NCBI GenBank assembly: GCA_044344255.1
Contig: JBIJDH010000048.1
Span: forward strand, 1 to 25,906
Source of the DNA: Myxococcota bacterium
Lineage (GTDB): Bacteria > Myxococcota_A > UBA796 > UBA2385
Direction of reading: 5' to 3'
Length of the DNA stretch: 25,906 nt
Both the position numbers and the translations under genes were made by a program. Under the pieces are notes generated by a model. The model saw nothing but the letters and a program-made list of their open reading frames with translations. It did no database searches and was not told the DNA's origin. Shown piece after piece: positions 9,260 through 18,527 of this stretch. Each line of letters starts with the position of its first letter. Position 1 is the first letter of the stretch.

Positions 9260-9274
9260 TTTGACATCGTCAAA
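9260..9274. promoter_or_regulatory. Putative TetR operator
   Basis: AT-rich palindrome TTTGAC-ATC-GTCAAA about 30 bp upstream of the tetR ATG; contains TTGACA. Confidence 0.55.
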
Positions 9275-9382
9275 TAGTGGGGCGCCTCGGTGAATCGGTG
9301 CCTGGGTGCCGCTCCCAGCGCCGAGCCGATAGGATGGGGGCCCACCGGTCCACCCTCGGCGCTGCGCCCCCGCGAGGTCCCC

Positions 9383-10474
9383 ATGTTCGACGTCCACGAT
9401 CCCCTGGCTTGGCTCTGGCGAGCCCGGGAGGCCGGCGGCTTGGCGAGGCCCGACGCGCGGGGTCTCCGCGCCAAGGGCTTGACGAGCCTGGAAGGGCTGA
9501 TCAAGGGCAAGGGGGATGGCCGCGAGGTCATGCAGCTCTCGATCTTCGGGCTCGAGGCGGGCCTACGCCCGGAGGACCGAGCGCGGGCTCGGGCGCTGTA
9601 CACCACGCTCATGGCCGCGAGCGGGGTGCCGGGCACCACGCGCCATCAGGCGTCGCTCTTGCTGCAGCTCGCCGCGAGTCCGGAGGCGGCCTCCATGCCG
9701 TTCTGGGCCGCGCTCCTATCGGTGTCCCCCAACCGCGGAAAGGGCAAGGGCGCCTCCAAGGCCCGCCGGTCGGCCGTGGCGGGCCTCCTGCTGCTCGCGG
9801 CCGAGGGCGATCCCGAGGCCGCCCGTCTGCTGCGCACCGCGGCCGTCGAGCATCCAGACCCGGACACCCGTGGGCAGGCCATCCGCGCCCTCGCTCGGCT
9901 CTTCAGGCGGTCGAATCGTCGGATCGAAGCGCCCGACCTGGAGTGGTTAAGGGGCATCGCCCTCCATGAACCCTCCTTCTCCCCCCGATATCAGGCGCGG
10001 CGGGCGCTGCGGGAGGCGTCCAGCCCCGCGCCGGTCGACCCCGGGGCCTTCACGCTGCGCGTGACGAAGTCAGGTGCCGCGAAGTGGGCGCTCACGACCG
10101 AGGTGCCGACGACGCTGCGCCTCGCCAAGCTCACCTCCCACATCCTCCGCTGCATGGGCTGGGATGAGGATCACCTCTCGATCTACTCCTTGACCGGAGA
10201 CGAGAAGGACGCGGCGACCCAGGCGCTCTGCGACATGGTGAAGGGAAGCTCACGAAGCGCCAACACGGACGACGAGGAGGCCGGCGCGATTGACCTCTGC
10301 CTCGGCTCGCTCGGGCTCGTGCCCGACCATCGCCTCGAGCTGCTCTACGACTTCGGCGACCGGCACCGCTTCACCATCACCGTCCTCTCGGCCACGGCCA
10401 CGCCGGCCGCGGGCCCCCTGCCGAGGGTCATTCGCGCGGAGGGCGCGTGCCCGGAGCAATATCCGGAGGGATAG
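9383..10474 (+). CDS. Helical (HEAT-like) N-terminus plus pRiA4b ORF-3-like C-terminal domain
   Basis: C-terminal LAKLTSHILRCMGWDEDHLSIY..LLYDFGDRHRFTITV..PRVIRAEGACPEQYP; start chosen at ATG 9383 after GAGG. Confidence 0.75.
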   Translation: MFDVHDPLAWLWRAREAGGLARPDARGLRAKGLTSLEGLIKGKGDGREVMQLSIFGLEAGLRPEDRARARALYTTLMAASGVPGTTRHQASLLLQLAASPEAASMPFWAALLSVSPNRGKGKGASKARRSAVAGLLLLAAEGDPEAARLLRTAAVEHPDPDTRGQAIRALARLFRRSNRRIEAPDLEWLRGIALHEPSFSPRYQARRALREASSPAPVDPGAFTLRVTKSGAAKWALTTEVPTTLRLAKLTSHILRCMGWDEDHLSIYSLTGDEKDAATQALCDMVKGSSRSANTDDEEAGAIDLCLGSLGLVPDHRLELLYDFGDRHRFTITVLSATATPAAGPLPRVIRAEGACPEQYPEG

Positions 10475-11447
10475 GCCGCCAACCGGGCCGCGGCCCAGAC
10501 CGCGACCCGATGGCCCATTCTCGCGGGGAGCTGCACATCCGCCCGACCACGGCCAGCCGATCGAAGGGCCCTTCGGCGCGCGACGCCGCCCGCCATCGTC
10601 GGCGCAGGCTGAGAGCCCCCGCGGCGAAGAGCAGGCCCAGGCCCCCCGCAGGGGAGCCGCCCGTCACGCAGCCGCAGCCCTCCTTCTCGCCCACGTCGAG
10701 CGCGCAAGCGCCGGAGCCGCCGTCCACCTCGAGGCAGGCGAAGCCCTCGCCGCACTCGCTGTCCTCCGCGCAGTCCATCGAGCAGTAGCGGGCGCCGCCG
10801 TCGGCGAGGCAGAAGAGGCCCTCGGCGCAGTCGGTGCTCTCGAGGCAGCCCTCGCCGAGCTGCCCGTCGCCATCCGCGATCAAAGGGTAGAGCGCGCAGA
10901 GGCCGTCGATGTCATCCTGCTCGAGGGAGCGCGCCTCCGGGTTGCCGTCGTAGGAGGGGTCGAGCGTGGCGCCGCTCACGCTCGTGTGCCAGAGGCCGAG
11001 CAGGTGGCCGACCTCGTGGGCCGTGGCCGCCTCGACGTCGAAGAGGCTGGTGCCGTTCGCCTCCGTGGTCGACCAGGAAAAATACTGCGCGTTGAGCGCG
11101 AGATCGGCCTCCTCCATCCGCCCGGAGCCTGCCTGCAGGAAGGGGGTGGTGAGCAGCCCGGCCTCCTCGGGCCAGCCGGAGTCGAGGAGGAAGACGACGT
11201 TCTTGCCATCGAGGGCCCCGAAGGTCGCCCCCTCGGCCCGCCCCATGTAGGTGAAGGTCACCCCTGCGCAATCCACGGCCGACCAGGTGTCGAAGGCGGC
11301 CTGCATGGCCGCGACGGTCTCGGCCTCGTCGAGGCCCCCACCGAGCTCACCGGAGATCCAGTAGGGGATCGGCATGTCTTCGGCGGCCCAGGTCGAGCCG
11401 GTGACGTCGTAAGCGAGGGCGGTCGAGGCGAGGGCGATGAACCACAC
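10428..11447 (-). CDS. Matrixin (M10-like) zinc metalloprotease with Cys-rich repeat and MYXO-CTERM-like anchor
   Basis: Signal peptide; AAFDTW; HEVGHLLGLWH zinc motif; LEQDDIDGLCALY; Cys-rich segment; GCGC..GLLFAAGALSLRRR. Confidence 0.88.
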   Translation of the reverse strand: MWFIALASTALAYDVTGSTWAAEDMPIPYWISGELGGGLDEAETVAAMQAAFDTWSAVDCAGVTFTYMGRAEGATFGALDGKNVVFLLDSGWPEEAGLLTTPFLQAGSGRMEEADLALNAQYFSWSTTEANGTSLFDVEAATAHEVGHLLGLWHTSVSGATLDPSYDGNPEARSLEQDDIDGLCALYPLIADGDGQLGEGCLESTDCAEGLFCLADGGARYCSMDCAEDSECGEGFACLEVDGGSGACALDVGEKEGCGCVTGGSPAGGLGLLFAAGALSLRRRWRAASRAEGPFDRLAVVGRMCSSPREWAIGSRSGPRPGWRPIPPDIAPGTRPPRE

Positions 11448-11474
11448 GGGGGCTCCAGCGACGGCCAGCGGCCA

Positions 11475-12509
11475 TCAAAAGCGGTAGCGGGCGCCGAGGC
11501 TGAGGCGGTCGTTCACCCGCTCGAGCCCGCGGGACAAGGCGACGACGTCCTCCCCCGCGGCAACGCCGGTGCCGGCCTCCCGGCTGAGCGCGGCCTCGAC
11601 GAAGGGCACGAAGCGGGCGTCGGCGCTGCGAAAGGCGAGGCGCGCGGACAGGAGCCAGCGGGCGTCCTCGCCCTCGACCACCCCGGTGACCCGCTCGCCG
11701 CGGAGCGCGAGGTGGAGGTCGCTGCCCTTGGGCAGGGGACAGAGGAGGGACTGGGCGCGCAGGATCCACTCCTGGCGAGGGGGAGCGCTGGAGGCCTTGA
11801 CCCAGACGCCCTCACCGCCCAGGGCGACGAAGCGCCAGCGGAGATCGAGGTCAGCGTCGAGGAGGCGGAGCTCGCCCTGCGCCTCGGAGTCGAGGCCGAG
11901 CCAGCCCGCCGAGGCGGTGAGCGCGAGGCCGTCGACCGCCGCGTCCTCCCGCTCCGGGGGCGGGCCGAGCGGGTGGACCCGGAGGCGCGCCCAGCGGAAG
12001 GGCGCGTCGGCCGTGGCGGTCAGGTAGGAGAGCCCGGCGCGGAGGGAGGCCCGGTCGGGGTAAGCGACGGTGGCGCCGACCCCGGCGGCGTGGTTCGGCA
12101 AGAGGACCCGGCTGAGCAGCGGTCGCACAGCGAAGATCTGCGCCTCCGGCTCCCAGTCCCGGTCGGCGGTGCCCGGGATGTCCGCCCGCCCGACGGAGGC
12201 CTCTCCGAAGCCGCCCGGCGCCAACCAGCCCACCTGCGCCTCGGCGGCCTCGAGGGCCCCGGCGTGGAAGATGCCCTCCTCCACCCGAAGCAGGGCGTGG
12301 CTGCCCACCGGGCCATGCGCCTCGACGGCGAGCGCGCTCTGGACGACCCGCACCCCCTCCGTCGCCACCGGATCGAGGGCCGTCAGGGCCGCCTCCTCGC
12401 CGACCCAGGGGTCCCAGACGGCGCCGAGGGCGGCGCTCACCTCGACCCCCTCCCCCGCCGGCGCCCCGTAGGACACGCCGCCCGCGGTGAGGAGGAGCAT
12501 CAGCAGCAC
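11475..12509 (-). CDS. Putative outer-membrane beta-barrel (porin-like) protein
   Basis: Signal peptide, amphipathic beta strands, C-terminal beta-signal LSLGARYRF. Confidence 0.65.
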   Translation of the reverse strand: MLLMLLLTAGGVSYGAPAGEGVEVSAALGAVWDPWVGEEAALTALDPVATEGVRVVQSALAVEAHGPVGSHALLRVEEGIFHAGALEAAEAQVGWLAPGGFGEASVGRADIPGTADRDWEPEAQIFAVRPLLSRVLLPNHAAGVGATVAYPDRASLRAGLSYLTATADAPFRWARLRVHPLGPPPEREDAAVDGLALTASAGWLGLDSEAQGELRLLDADLDLRWRFVALGGEGVWVKASSAPPRQEWILRAQSLLCPLPKGSDLHLALRGERVTGVVEGEDARWLLSARLAFRSADARFVPFVEAALSREAGTGVAAGEDVVALSRGLERVNDRLSLGARYRF

Positions 12510-12512
12510 GGC

Positions 12513-13907
12513 TCAGCCCTCCGGCAGCAGCGCCCGGCTGCTCTCGAGGTAATAAAAGGTGTAGATGTGCCCTTGTGCCACCTGGATGGAGTCGGTGGCG
12601 AGGGTGAGGAAGCCAGCCACCCCGCCCTCGACCTTGAAGCGGAGGTTGGCGATCTTACCCGGCATCGCGGCGATGGCCGGGTGGAGGAAGCTGCGCTCCG
12701 AGGCCCCCGGCGCCGACCAGCGCTGGAGGGCGCCCGTGCCGTCGATCGACCACCACTGCGCGCCGTCATAGGCCGCCTGGGGAAAGCGGGAGCCCTCGCC
12801 GAGGGCGGCGGTCACCACGGTGTCCGAAGCCGAATCGACCCAGGCGAGCGAACCCTCCGTGGCGTCGTCCCAGCCGACCACCAGCGCGACCCCGTCGCTC
12901 GCGACGCTGGGGCGGGTGTCAAACGTGCACGCGGCCCCCTCCACCGAGAGGGACCGGGTGACCACCCCCGCCGAATCGACGACGAAGACCTGGAGCGAGG
13001 TGTCGAGCATACAGACGGCCACGGCCAGGCCGTCGCCGTGTCCGGTGACCGCGTACATTCGGATCGCCGAGGCGATCTGCACAGGCTCGCCCGTCACATT
13101 GCCGTCGGCGGCGACCGGCACCGCCCAGAGCAGGTTGTCGTGGTCCTCCACGATCAGGAGCGGGCTCGCCTCAGCGGCGGCCTCCACCCGCACCGGCCAG
13201 CCCGGGAAGTAGAGGCGCTCCGGCGGGCCGAGGAGGGCGCCCGTGTCGTCGAGGTTGGCCACGAAGATGCCGGGCTCGACGTCTCCCCCCTCAGTGGCGT
13301 CGGGGGCGATCCACCAGGCGAGCAGGGCGTCGGCGCCGCGGCTGAGGGTGCCGGCGTCTGCTTCGGCGAGGCATTGCTCGCTCTGCAGCATCACGCTCTG
13401 CACGGCCCCCGTCGCAGCGTCGTAGCGGGCCGAGCGCACCCCGCCCTCGATGTCGGCGTCGCAGTAGAGGACGACAGGTTCAGCCGCGGCCGACATCTGC
13501 ACGGCGCCGACGAGGTTGAAGTACCCGCAGGGCGGCGGCGCCTCCCCCGAAGGCGGCGGCGCGGCGCAGGCGGGCGGGGGCCCGGCGGGAGGCGTGTCCG
13601 AGCCGCCCTGGGGCACAGGATCAGACTCCTCTGGCGTGAGGCGGGCGCACCCGTCGAGGGTGAGCCCACCCTCGGGCCACACCGGCGCCGCATCGCCGCC
13701 CCCGCAGTAGGCCGAGGGGTAAGCGGGCGAGGGGCCAGCGGTGTCATCGCCCCCGCCATCGGCGCCGTCCGCCCCGCCATCCGCCCCACCGTTCGGATCG
13801 GCGCTGTCGACGATCGAGAGGGCGCGCTCCGGCGCCTCGCCCTCTCCGCATGCCCCGCCGAGGAGCGCCACCGGCAGCAGGATCCCGGACCATGCGCAAC
13901 GAGCCAT
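12513..13907 (-). CDS. Hypothetical lipoprotein, beta-rich (possibly propeller-like)
   Basis: ATG 13907 after GGAGGT; lipobox LLGGA-C; acidic Gly/Asp and Pro-rich linkers, then beta-rich domain; tightly linked to the barrel and protease genes. Confidence 0.7.
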   Translation of the reverse strand: MARCAWSGILLPVALLGGACGEGEAPERALSIVDSADPNGGADGGADGADGGGDDTAGPSPAYPSAYCGGGDAAPVWPEGGLTLDGCARLTPEESDPVPQGGSDTPPAGPPPACAAPPPSGEAPPPCGYFNLVGAVQMSAAAEPVVLYCDADIEGGVRSARYDAATGAVQSVMLQSEQCLAEADAGTLSRGADALLAWWIAPDATEGGDVEPGIFVANLDDTGALLGPPERLYFPGWPVRVEAAAEASPLLIVEDHDNLLWAVPVAADGNVTGEPVQIASAIRMYAVTGHGDGLAVAVCMLDTSLQVFVVDSAGVVTRSLSVEGAACTFDTRPSVASDGVALVVGWDDATEGSLAWVDSASDTVVTAALGEGSRFPQAAYDGAQWWSIDGTGALQRWSAPGASERSFLHPAIAAMPGKIANLRFKVEGGVAGFLTLATDSIQVAQGHIYTFYYLESSRALLPEG

Positions 13908-13963
13908 CCGCACCTCCGCCGGAGACAGCGTAATCACCGACCTTGACACCCGCCCGCAGTCGC

Positions 13964-14279
13964 TCAGGCCCCGCGGAGGTGCAGCGTGCGGCCGCCGACG
14001 AGGCGCTCCTCGCTCCACAAGCGCTCCTCCCAAGTGCGGCCGGGGCGCTGGTCGAAGATCAGCAGCCAGCCCTCCGCCTGCCCCACCGCGTCGAGGTTGC
14101 GACTGAGCTGCTCCATGCCCGCCTGCACCACCCGCTGAAGAAGGCCGATGAAGGCGAGGTGGGCGACGGCCTCGGGGGAACCGTCGGAGGGCCGGCTCCG
14201 GATCACCGCCTCGTCACGCGCCCACAAACCCGGAGGGCGTCGATCAGCGCCGCCCTGTCCAGCCCGTCGTCGGCGCGCC
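13964..14279 (-). pseudogene. Degenerate 3' remnant of the AAA-ATPase/nuclease gene
   Basis: Aligns to the 3' end of the 16949 and 18528 copies (..AVAHLAFIGLLQRVV|QAGMEQL..RTLHLRGA*), with a 138-bp deletion, a 1-bp frameshift near 14230 and many substitutions. Confidence 0.9.
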
Positions 14280-14411
14280 TCGAGCCTGTCCTGCTCCTGC
14301 TCCGGAACGGCCCATGCGGCACGCTCTTGGGCCTGCATTATCCGTTTGGCCTCCATCCGCCCCGGAGACGCGGCTGAGTCAGAATGGGTCAGCGTACCCG
14401 GGCCCCCCTCC

Positions 14412-16355
14412 TCAGCGCGGCGGGGTGCGGAGCTGACCACGGGCCTGGAAGGCACCATCGACGTGGAGCTCCCAGTACCAGGTGCCCCCCGGCGCGAGGC
14501 GATCGAGGGGGAGCTCCAGCGAACCATCGATCTCGAAGCTGTGCTGGCGGGGAAAGAGATCATGGCTGGGGCTGGCCGACCAGCGGAGCAGTCCGTGGGC
14601 CGGGCGGCGGCTCCTGAGGCGTATCCGCGCCGTATCGGGCCCCAAGCCCACGACCTCCGGGGGCCCGACCAGGGCGGCTGGGGACCCGCCGACATCCAGG
14701 AGGAAGCTGACGGAGTGGGTCTGAGGCGCGCCCGTCCAGGGGGAAGCCGAGCTGTCGGTCACGCGGGCGGCCACCCAATAGGAACCCTCGGAGGTGGGCG
14801 TCCCGCTGATCCGCCCGTCCACATCCATGGTCAGGCCGGGTGGCAGCCTCCCCGCCTCCTCCGTGAAGATCAAGGGAGGCGTACCGCCCCAGGTCTCCAC
14901 CGTGCTGTCATATGGCTCCCCGACCGTGCCGGAGGGCAGCGCGGGGCTGAGGATGGCGAGGCCCCGCTCGGCGACCACCTGATCACGAATGGCCTCGATG
15001 CCTGCCTCTTCGGGGGGGAAGGCGGCGAGGTTGCTGAGCTCCGAGGGGTCGCTCTGCAGGTCGTAGAGCTCCTCTTCGCCCGTCGCATAGATCGCGTAAC
15101 GCCATTGCTCCTTCACGAGGCCCGACCAGAGTGGGTTTCCTTCGGCATAACACTCGATGATGAACGGAGGGCGCCGGCTCGCCTCCAGACCCCGAAGCAG
15201 CGGGAGGAAGCTCAGGCCGTCCGTGGGGCGGTCGAGGTCGAAGAGGTCGAGCAGGGTGGCGGGGAGGTCAAGGTTGACCGCGACGGGCGAGAATGAGCTC
15301 CGGCGGGAGATCCCCGGGCCGCGGATGACGAAGGGGACACGGATGGACTCCTCATAGGGCAGGCCCTTGTCGGTCAGGCGGTGTTCACCCCAGAGGTAGC
15401 CATTGTCCGAGGTGAAGACGAAGAGCGTGTGATCAAGCTCCCCCTGCTCCTCCAGGCTGTCGAGCAGGCGGCCGACCATACGGTCCACCGAGGCGAGGGT
15501 GCGAAGCTGCTCGCGCGCCTGCTCGTCGAGGGCAGCGATCTCTGTCGGTTCGAGGAGCGGGCGGCTGGAGACATGGATTGGCTTGTCGGAGACATCGGCC
15601 TCGTTCCAGGCGCCGCCCCGCCACACCCGGTCGGCGTACAGCGCGGCATCCTCGTCGGCGGGCTCGGCCGGCAAGTGGGGGGCGGTCGTGGCGAGATAGA
15701 GGAAGAAGGGTTCGTGGGCATGCTCCCCGATGAACTCTACAGCCTCCGCGCCGAGGACATCGGTGATGTACTCGCTGTGGTGGACCAGCTCACCGGTGCT
15801 CGACGCGACACCGCTCGATCCTTCGATGAGGGTGAAGTCCGTCCAGGTGGTCACGTCTGCGAGGGCACTATACTGTGTCCACCCCGGTGGAATATAGACG
15901 GCATCCGCCCCTTCTGCCGTGTTAAGGTATTTTCCGAAAAGCCCGGTCGCGAAGCCCTGCTCCTGAAGGGCCGTTGCGAGCGTGTCCTCGTCTGGGAAGA
16001 GCGCGCTGCTCCCATTGGGCATCTCATTCGTCAGCACGCCGGTGTGAACCGGTCTGAACCCACCTGACAGGAAGCTCGCGCGCTCGGGGCAGCAGAGGGG
16101 GGAGGTCACATAGGCGGCCGAGAAGCTCATGCCCTCACCCAAGAGGCGATCCGAAACAGTGGGCATCGCCCAGAGCGTGTCGGCCCGCTGATCATCGGTG
16201 ACGACAATGACCACGTGCGAGATGCTCTCCGCGGGGGTAGGCGCGGAGTCCTGGCTTGGGCTGGGACTGTCGGGGCCCGAGGAGCCTCCCCGCTTCTGTT
16301 CAGTGGACCCGCGGCAGGCGAGGGCCAGCAGGAGGGGAAAAGCAGGAGCTGCCAT
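14412..16355 (-). CDS. Formylglycine-dependent sulfatase lipoprotein with C-terminal putative Ig (He_PIG-like) domain
   Basis: TDDQR, PLCCPERASFLSG (CxPxR), GKYLN, APH, TSDNG, KGLPYEESIRVP, ELYDLQSDPSELSNL; LPPGLTM..ISGTPT Ig repeat; lipobox LALA-C. Alternative start at 16373. Confidence 0.92.
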   Translation of the reverse strand: MAAPAFPLLLALACRGSTEQKRGGSSGPDSPSPSQDSAPTPAESISHVVIVVTDDQRADTLWAMPTVSDRLLGEGMSFSAAYVTSPLCCPERASFLSGGFRPVHTGVLTNEMPNGSSALFPDEDTLATALQEQGFATGLFGKYLNTAEGADAVYIPPGWTQYSALADVTTWTDFTLIEGSSGVASSTGELVHHSEYITDVLGAEAVEFIGEHAHEPFFLYLATTAPHLPAEPADEDAALYADRVWRGGAWNEADVSDKPIHVSSRPLLEPTEIAALDEQAREQLRTLASVDRMVGRLLDSLEEQGELDHTLFVFTSDNGYLWGEHRLTDKGLPYEESIRVPFVIRGPGISRRSSFSPVAVNLDLPATLLDLFDLDRPTDGLSFLPLLRGLEASRRPPFIIECYAEGNPLWSGLVKEQWRYAIYATGEEELYDLQSDPSELSNLAAFPPEEAGIEAIRDQVVAERGLAILSPALPSGTVGEPYDSTVETWGGTPPLIFTEEAGRLPPGLTMDVDGRISGTPTSEGSYWVAARVTDSSASPWTGAPQTHSVSFLLDVGGSPAALVGPPEVVGLGPDTARIRLRSRRPAHGLLRWSASPSHDLFPRQHSFEIDGSLELPLDRLAPGGTWYWELHVDGAFQARGQLRTPPR

Positions 16356-16374
16356 TCTCCAGGCGCGGCTCACG

Positions 16375-16700
16375 CTATTCTTCCCGGATGTCAGGCGTGA
16401 TCACCAGGGCGGAGGCCTCCTCCCAGGTGCCGCCGGTTCTGTTGGCCGGCCAGGTGGCGCCCGGGACGAGGCCTGTCGCCTCCTCCCCGCCGATGTCCGC
16501 CGCGTCGATGGCGGCCACGCGATCTCGATCTTCCAGACGCCCTGTCCACGAGAGCGTGCCCACCGCAGGGATCCACGGAAGAGGGAACAAGGAGGCCGAA
16601 TGCTGTCGGTTGGAGTCCACGTCGGCAAGCTACACCGCGGCCGCCGACGTGTGCAAGGGGCTTCCAGCCGGACCGGGAAATGCGAAGCCCAAGGACGGAG
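16375..16700 (-). pseudogene. Possible truncated gene fragment upstream of the sulfatase
   Basis: Protein-like frame GFAFPGPAGSPLHTSAAAV*LADVDSNRQ..ALVITPDIREE* ends right at the sulfatase start and contains an internal TAG. Confidence 0.3.
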
Positions 16701-16948
16701 ACCTTCGCCGTCGGCGCGGCACCCACCGTGCCTCGCAGAATCGGGCGCTCATCGATCCCGTAGACGAGGCCGGGTGACGAAGGTCGGGGACTCGCTCTTG
16801 GGCCTCCGGAACCTCCGGAGCCTGCGCCCAACCCCCGAGCCGCCCACCACGCCGTCGTCGTTGTTCGCATCGAATCCGTGCTCGGCGCGCCTCCTCACCC
16901 GTCGTTGATCGCCGGAGGAAGGAGCCCTGACGGGTCTATGTCCGCCTC

Positions 16949-18499
16949 TCAGGCCCCGCGGAGGTGGAGCGTGCGGCCCTCGACCACGCGCTCCTCTCGC
17001 CAGAGGCGCTCCGCCCAGGTGCGGCCGGGGCGCTGGTCGAAGATCAGCAGCCAGCCCTCCGCCTGCCCCACCGTGTCGAGGTACCGGCCGAGCTGCTCCG
17101 TGCCCGCCTCCACTGCCCACTCGAGCGCGTCGTGGGCCGGCCGCACCCGCTTGAGCTCGATCACGTGCGACGCCCCCCCGTACTCCACGAGCAGGTCGAT
17201 GGCGCCGCGCCCGGCGGCGAACTCGCGGGTCACCCGGCCCCCGCCGTTCACCACCCGCTGAAGGAAGCCCATGAAGGCGAGGTGGGCCACCGCCTCGGGG
17301 TAGCCGTCGGAGGGCTGGCTGCGGATCATCGCCTCGTTACGCGCCCACCAGACGAGGAAGGCGTCGATCAGCGCCGCCATGTCCAGCCCGCCGTCCTCAC
17401 GCCGCCAGGGCCACCAGGGGGCCGGCAGGTTCGCCTGCCCGTCGGCCGAGAGCTCGCGGGCCAGGACCTCTCGGTACAGGGGGTTCGCGATGGCAGGGGG
17501 TTGAACCTCGTCGGAGATCAAGCCCAGATCGACCGTGTAGCGGAAGTCGTCCGAGGAGATGGAGACGGTGGTGTCTCCGAGCAGCACCGACTGGACGACC
17601 CGCGCCACCCGCGGCTCCCGCAGCCGCTGGCCGAGCGAGTCGAGGTGGGTCGTGCGGGCGCGGATCAGCCGCTCGCGGGCCTCCTCGACGTGGGAGACCT
17701 CGATCGCCACGCCGGGGTGGCGTTCCACGCAGTCGAGGCTGAGCGCGTTGACCAGGAAGGGCTGCCCGCCCGTCTGTTCATGGATCAGCGCCAGCGCCGC
17801 CGCCGAGAAGGCCTGCCCCGTCTCGGCCGTATGCTGCCCCACCAGCTCCACCACCTCCCCCGCATTGAAGTTGCGCAGCGTGAACGAGCCCACCTTGATG
17901 TTGAAGGGCGAGCCCGGGTTGACCGCCACACCGTCCTTCGACTCGGTGAGGTAGTCCCGCAGGTCCCGCATGCCGATGAGGCCCACGCTCACCGGGAAGG
18001 CCCCCACGCCCCGCCCGACGAAGCCCTCGCGGAGCTGCCGGAGGAGGCTCACCGCCGCCGGGCCCGAGAGCACGTCGGCCTCGTCGAGCAGCAGCACCAC
18101 GGGCAGCGGGAGCGCGGCGCACCAGGCCTGGAGGTAGCAGCCGAGCCGGACGCCAGGCTCTTGGAGGATCCAGGGCGTCGGCTCGGGCGGCCGCTGCGCC
18201 GGGGGGAGGTCTCCCGCCCGCTTGAAGATCGACCGCAGCCAGATCGGCTCGGCCTCCGCCACCCCCTCCACGCCCTGGCTCGCCTCGAGGCTCACCCACA
18301 GCGCCACGAGGCCCCGCTCCCGAAGCCGCACCGCCAGGGCGCGCATCGCCGTCGTCTTGCCCACCTGCCGGGGCGCGTGCACCACGAAATACTGCTTGCG
18401 GTCGATGTACGGCACCAGATCGGGCAGCCGCCGCTCGGGCGAGAGCATGTAGTGGTCGGCCGGATCGCAGGGCCCGGTGGTATTGAAGAAGCGCGCCAT
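16949..18499 (-). CDS. AAA-family ATPase fused to C-terminal PD-(D/E)XK nuclease-like domain, copy B
   Basis: MARFFNTTGPC; Walker A APRQVGKTT; Walker B VLLLDEAD; SPFNIK; TGGQPFLVN; C-terminal RE..G.IDLLV..VIELK. Confidence 0.9.
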   Translation of the reverse strand: MARFFNTTGPCDPADHYMLSPERRLPDLVPYIDRKQYFVVHAPRQVGKTTAMRALAVRLRERGLVALWVSLEASQGVEGVAEAEPIWLRSIFKRAGDLPPAQRPPEPTPWILQEPGVRLGCYLQAWCAALPLPVVLLLDEADVLSGPAAVSLLRQLREGFVGRGVGAFPVSVGLIGMRDLRDYLTESKDGVAVNPGSPFNIKVGSFTLRNFNAGEVVELVGQHTAETGQAFSAAALALIHEQTGGQPFLVNALSLDCVERHPGVAIEVSHVEEARERLIRARTTHLDSLGQRLREPRVARVVQSVLLGDTTVSISSDDFRYTVDLGLISDEVQPPAIANPLYREVLARELSADGQANLPAPWWPWRREDGGLDMAALIDAFLVWWARNEAMIRSQPSDGYPEAVAHLAFMGFLQRVVNGGGRVTREFAAGRGAIDLLVEYGGASHVIELKRVRPAHDALEWAVEAGTEQLGRYLDTVGQAEGWLLIFDQRPGRTWAERLWREERVVEGRTLHLRGA

Positions 18500-18527
18500 C
18501 GTTCGCCCGTAACGCGCTCCCCCTCCC

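Noticed and set aside
10290..13946. 1218-aa plus-strand ORF and other long antisense ORFs (1518-3332, 4068-5357, 16964-18733, 18711-20681)
   Set aside because: Shadow frames opposite clear minus-strand genes, typical of high-GC DNA; no recognisable motifs.
18500..18527. Integron attC site between the ATPase copies
   Set aside because: Only 28 bp, lacks a convincing RYYYAAC...GTTRRRY extended hairpin; no integrase seen.
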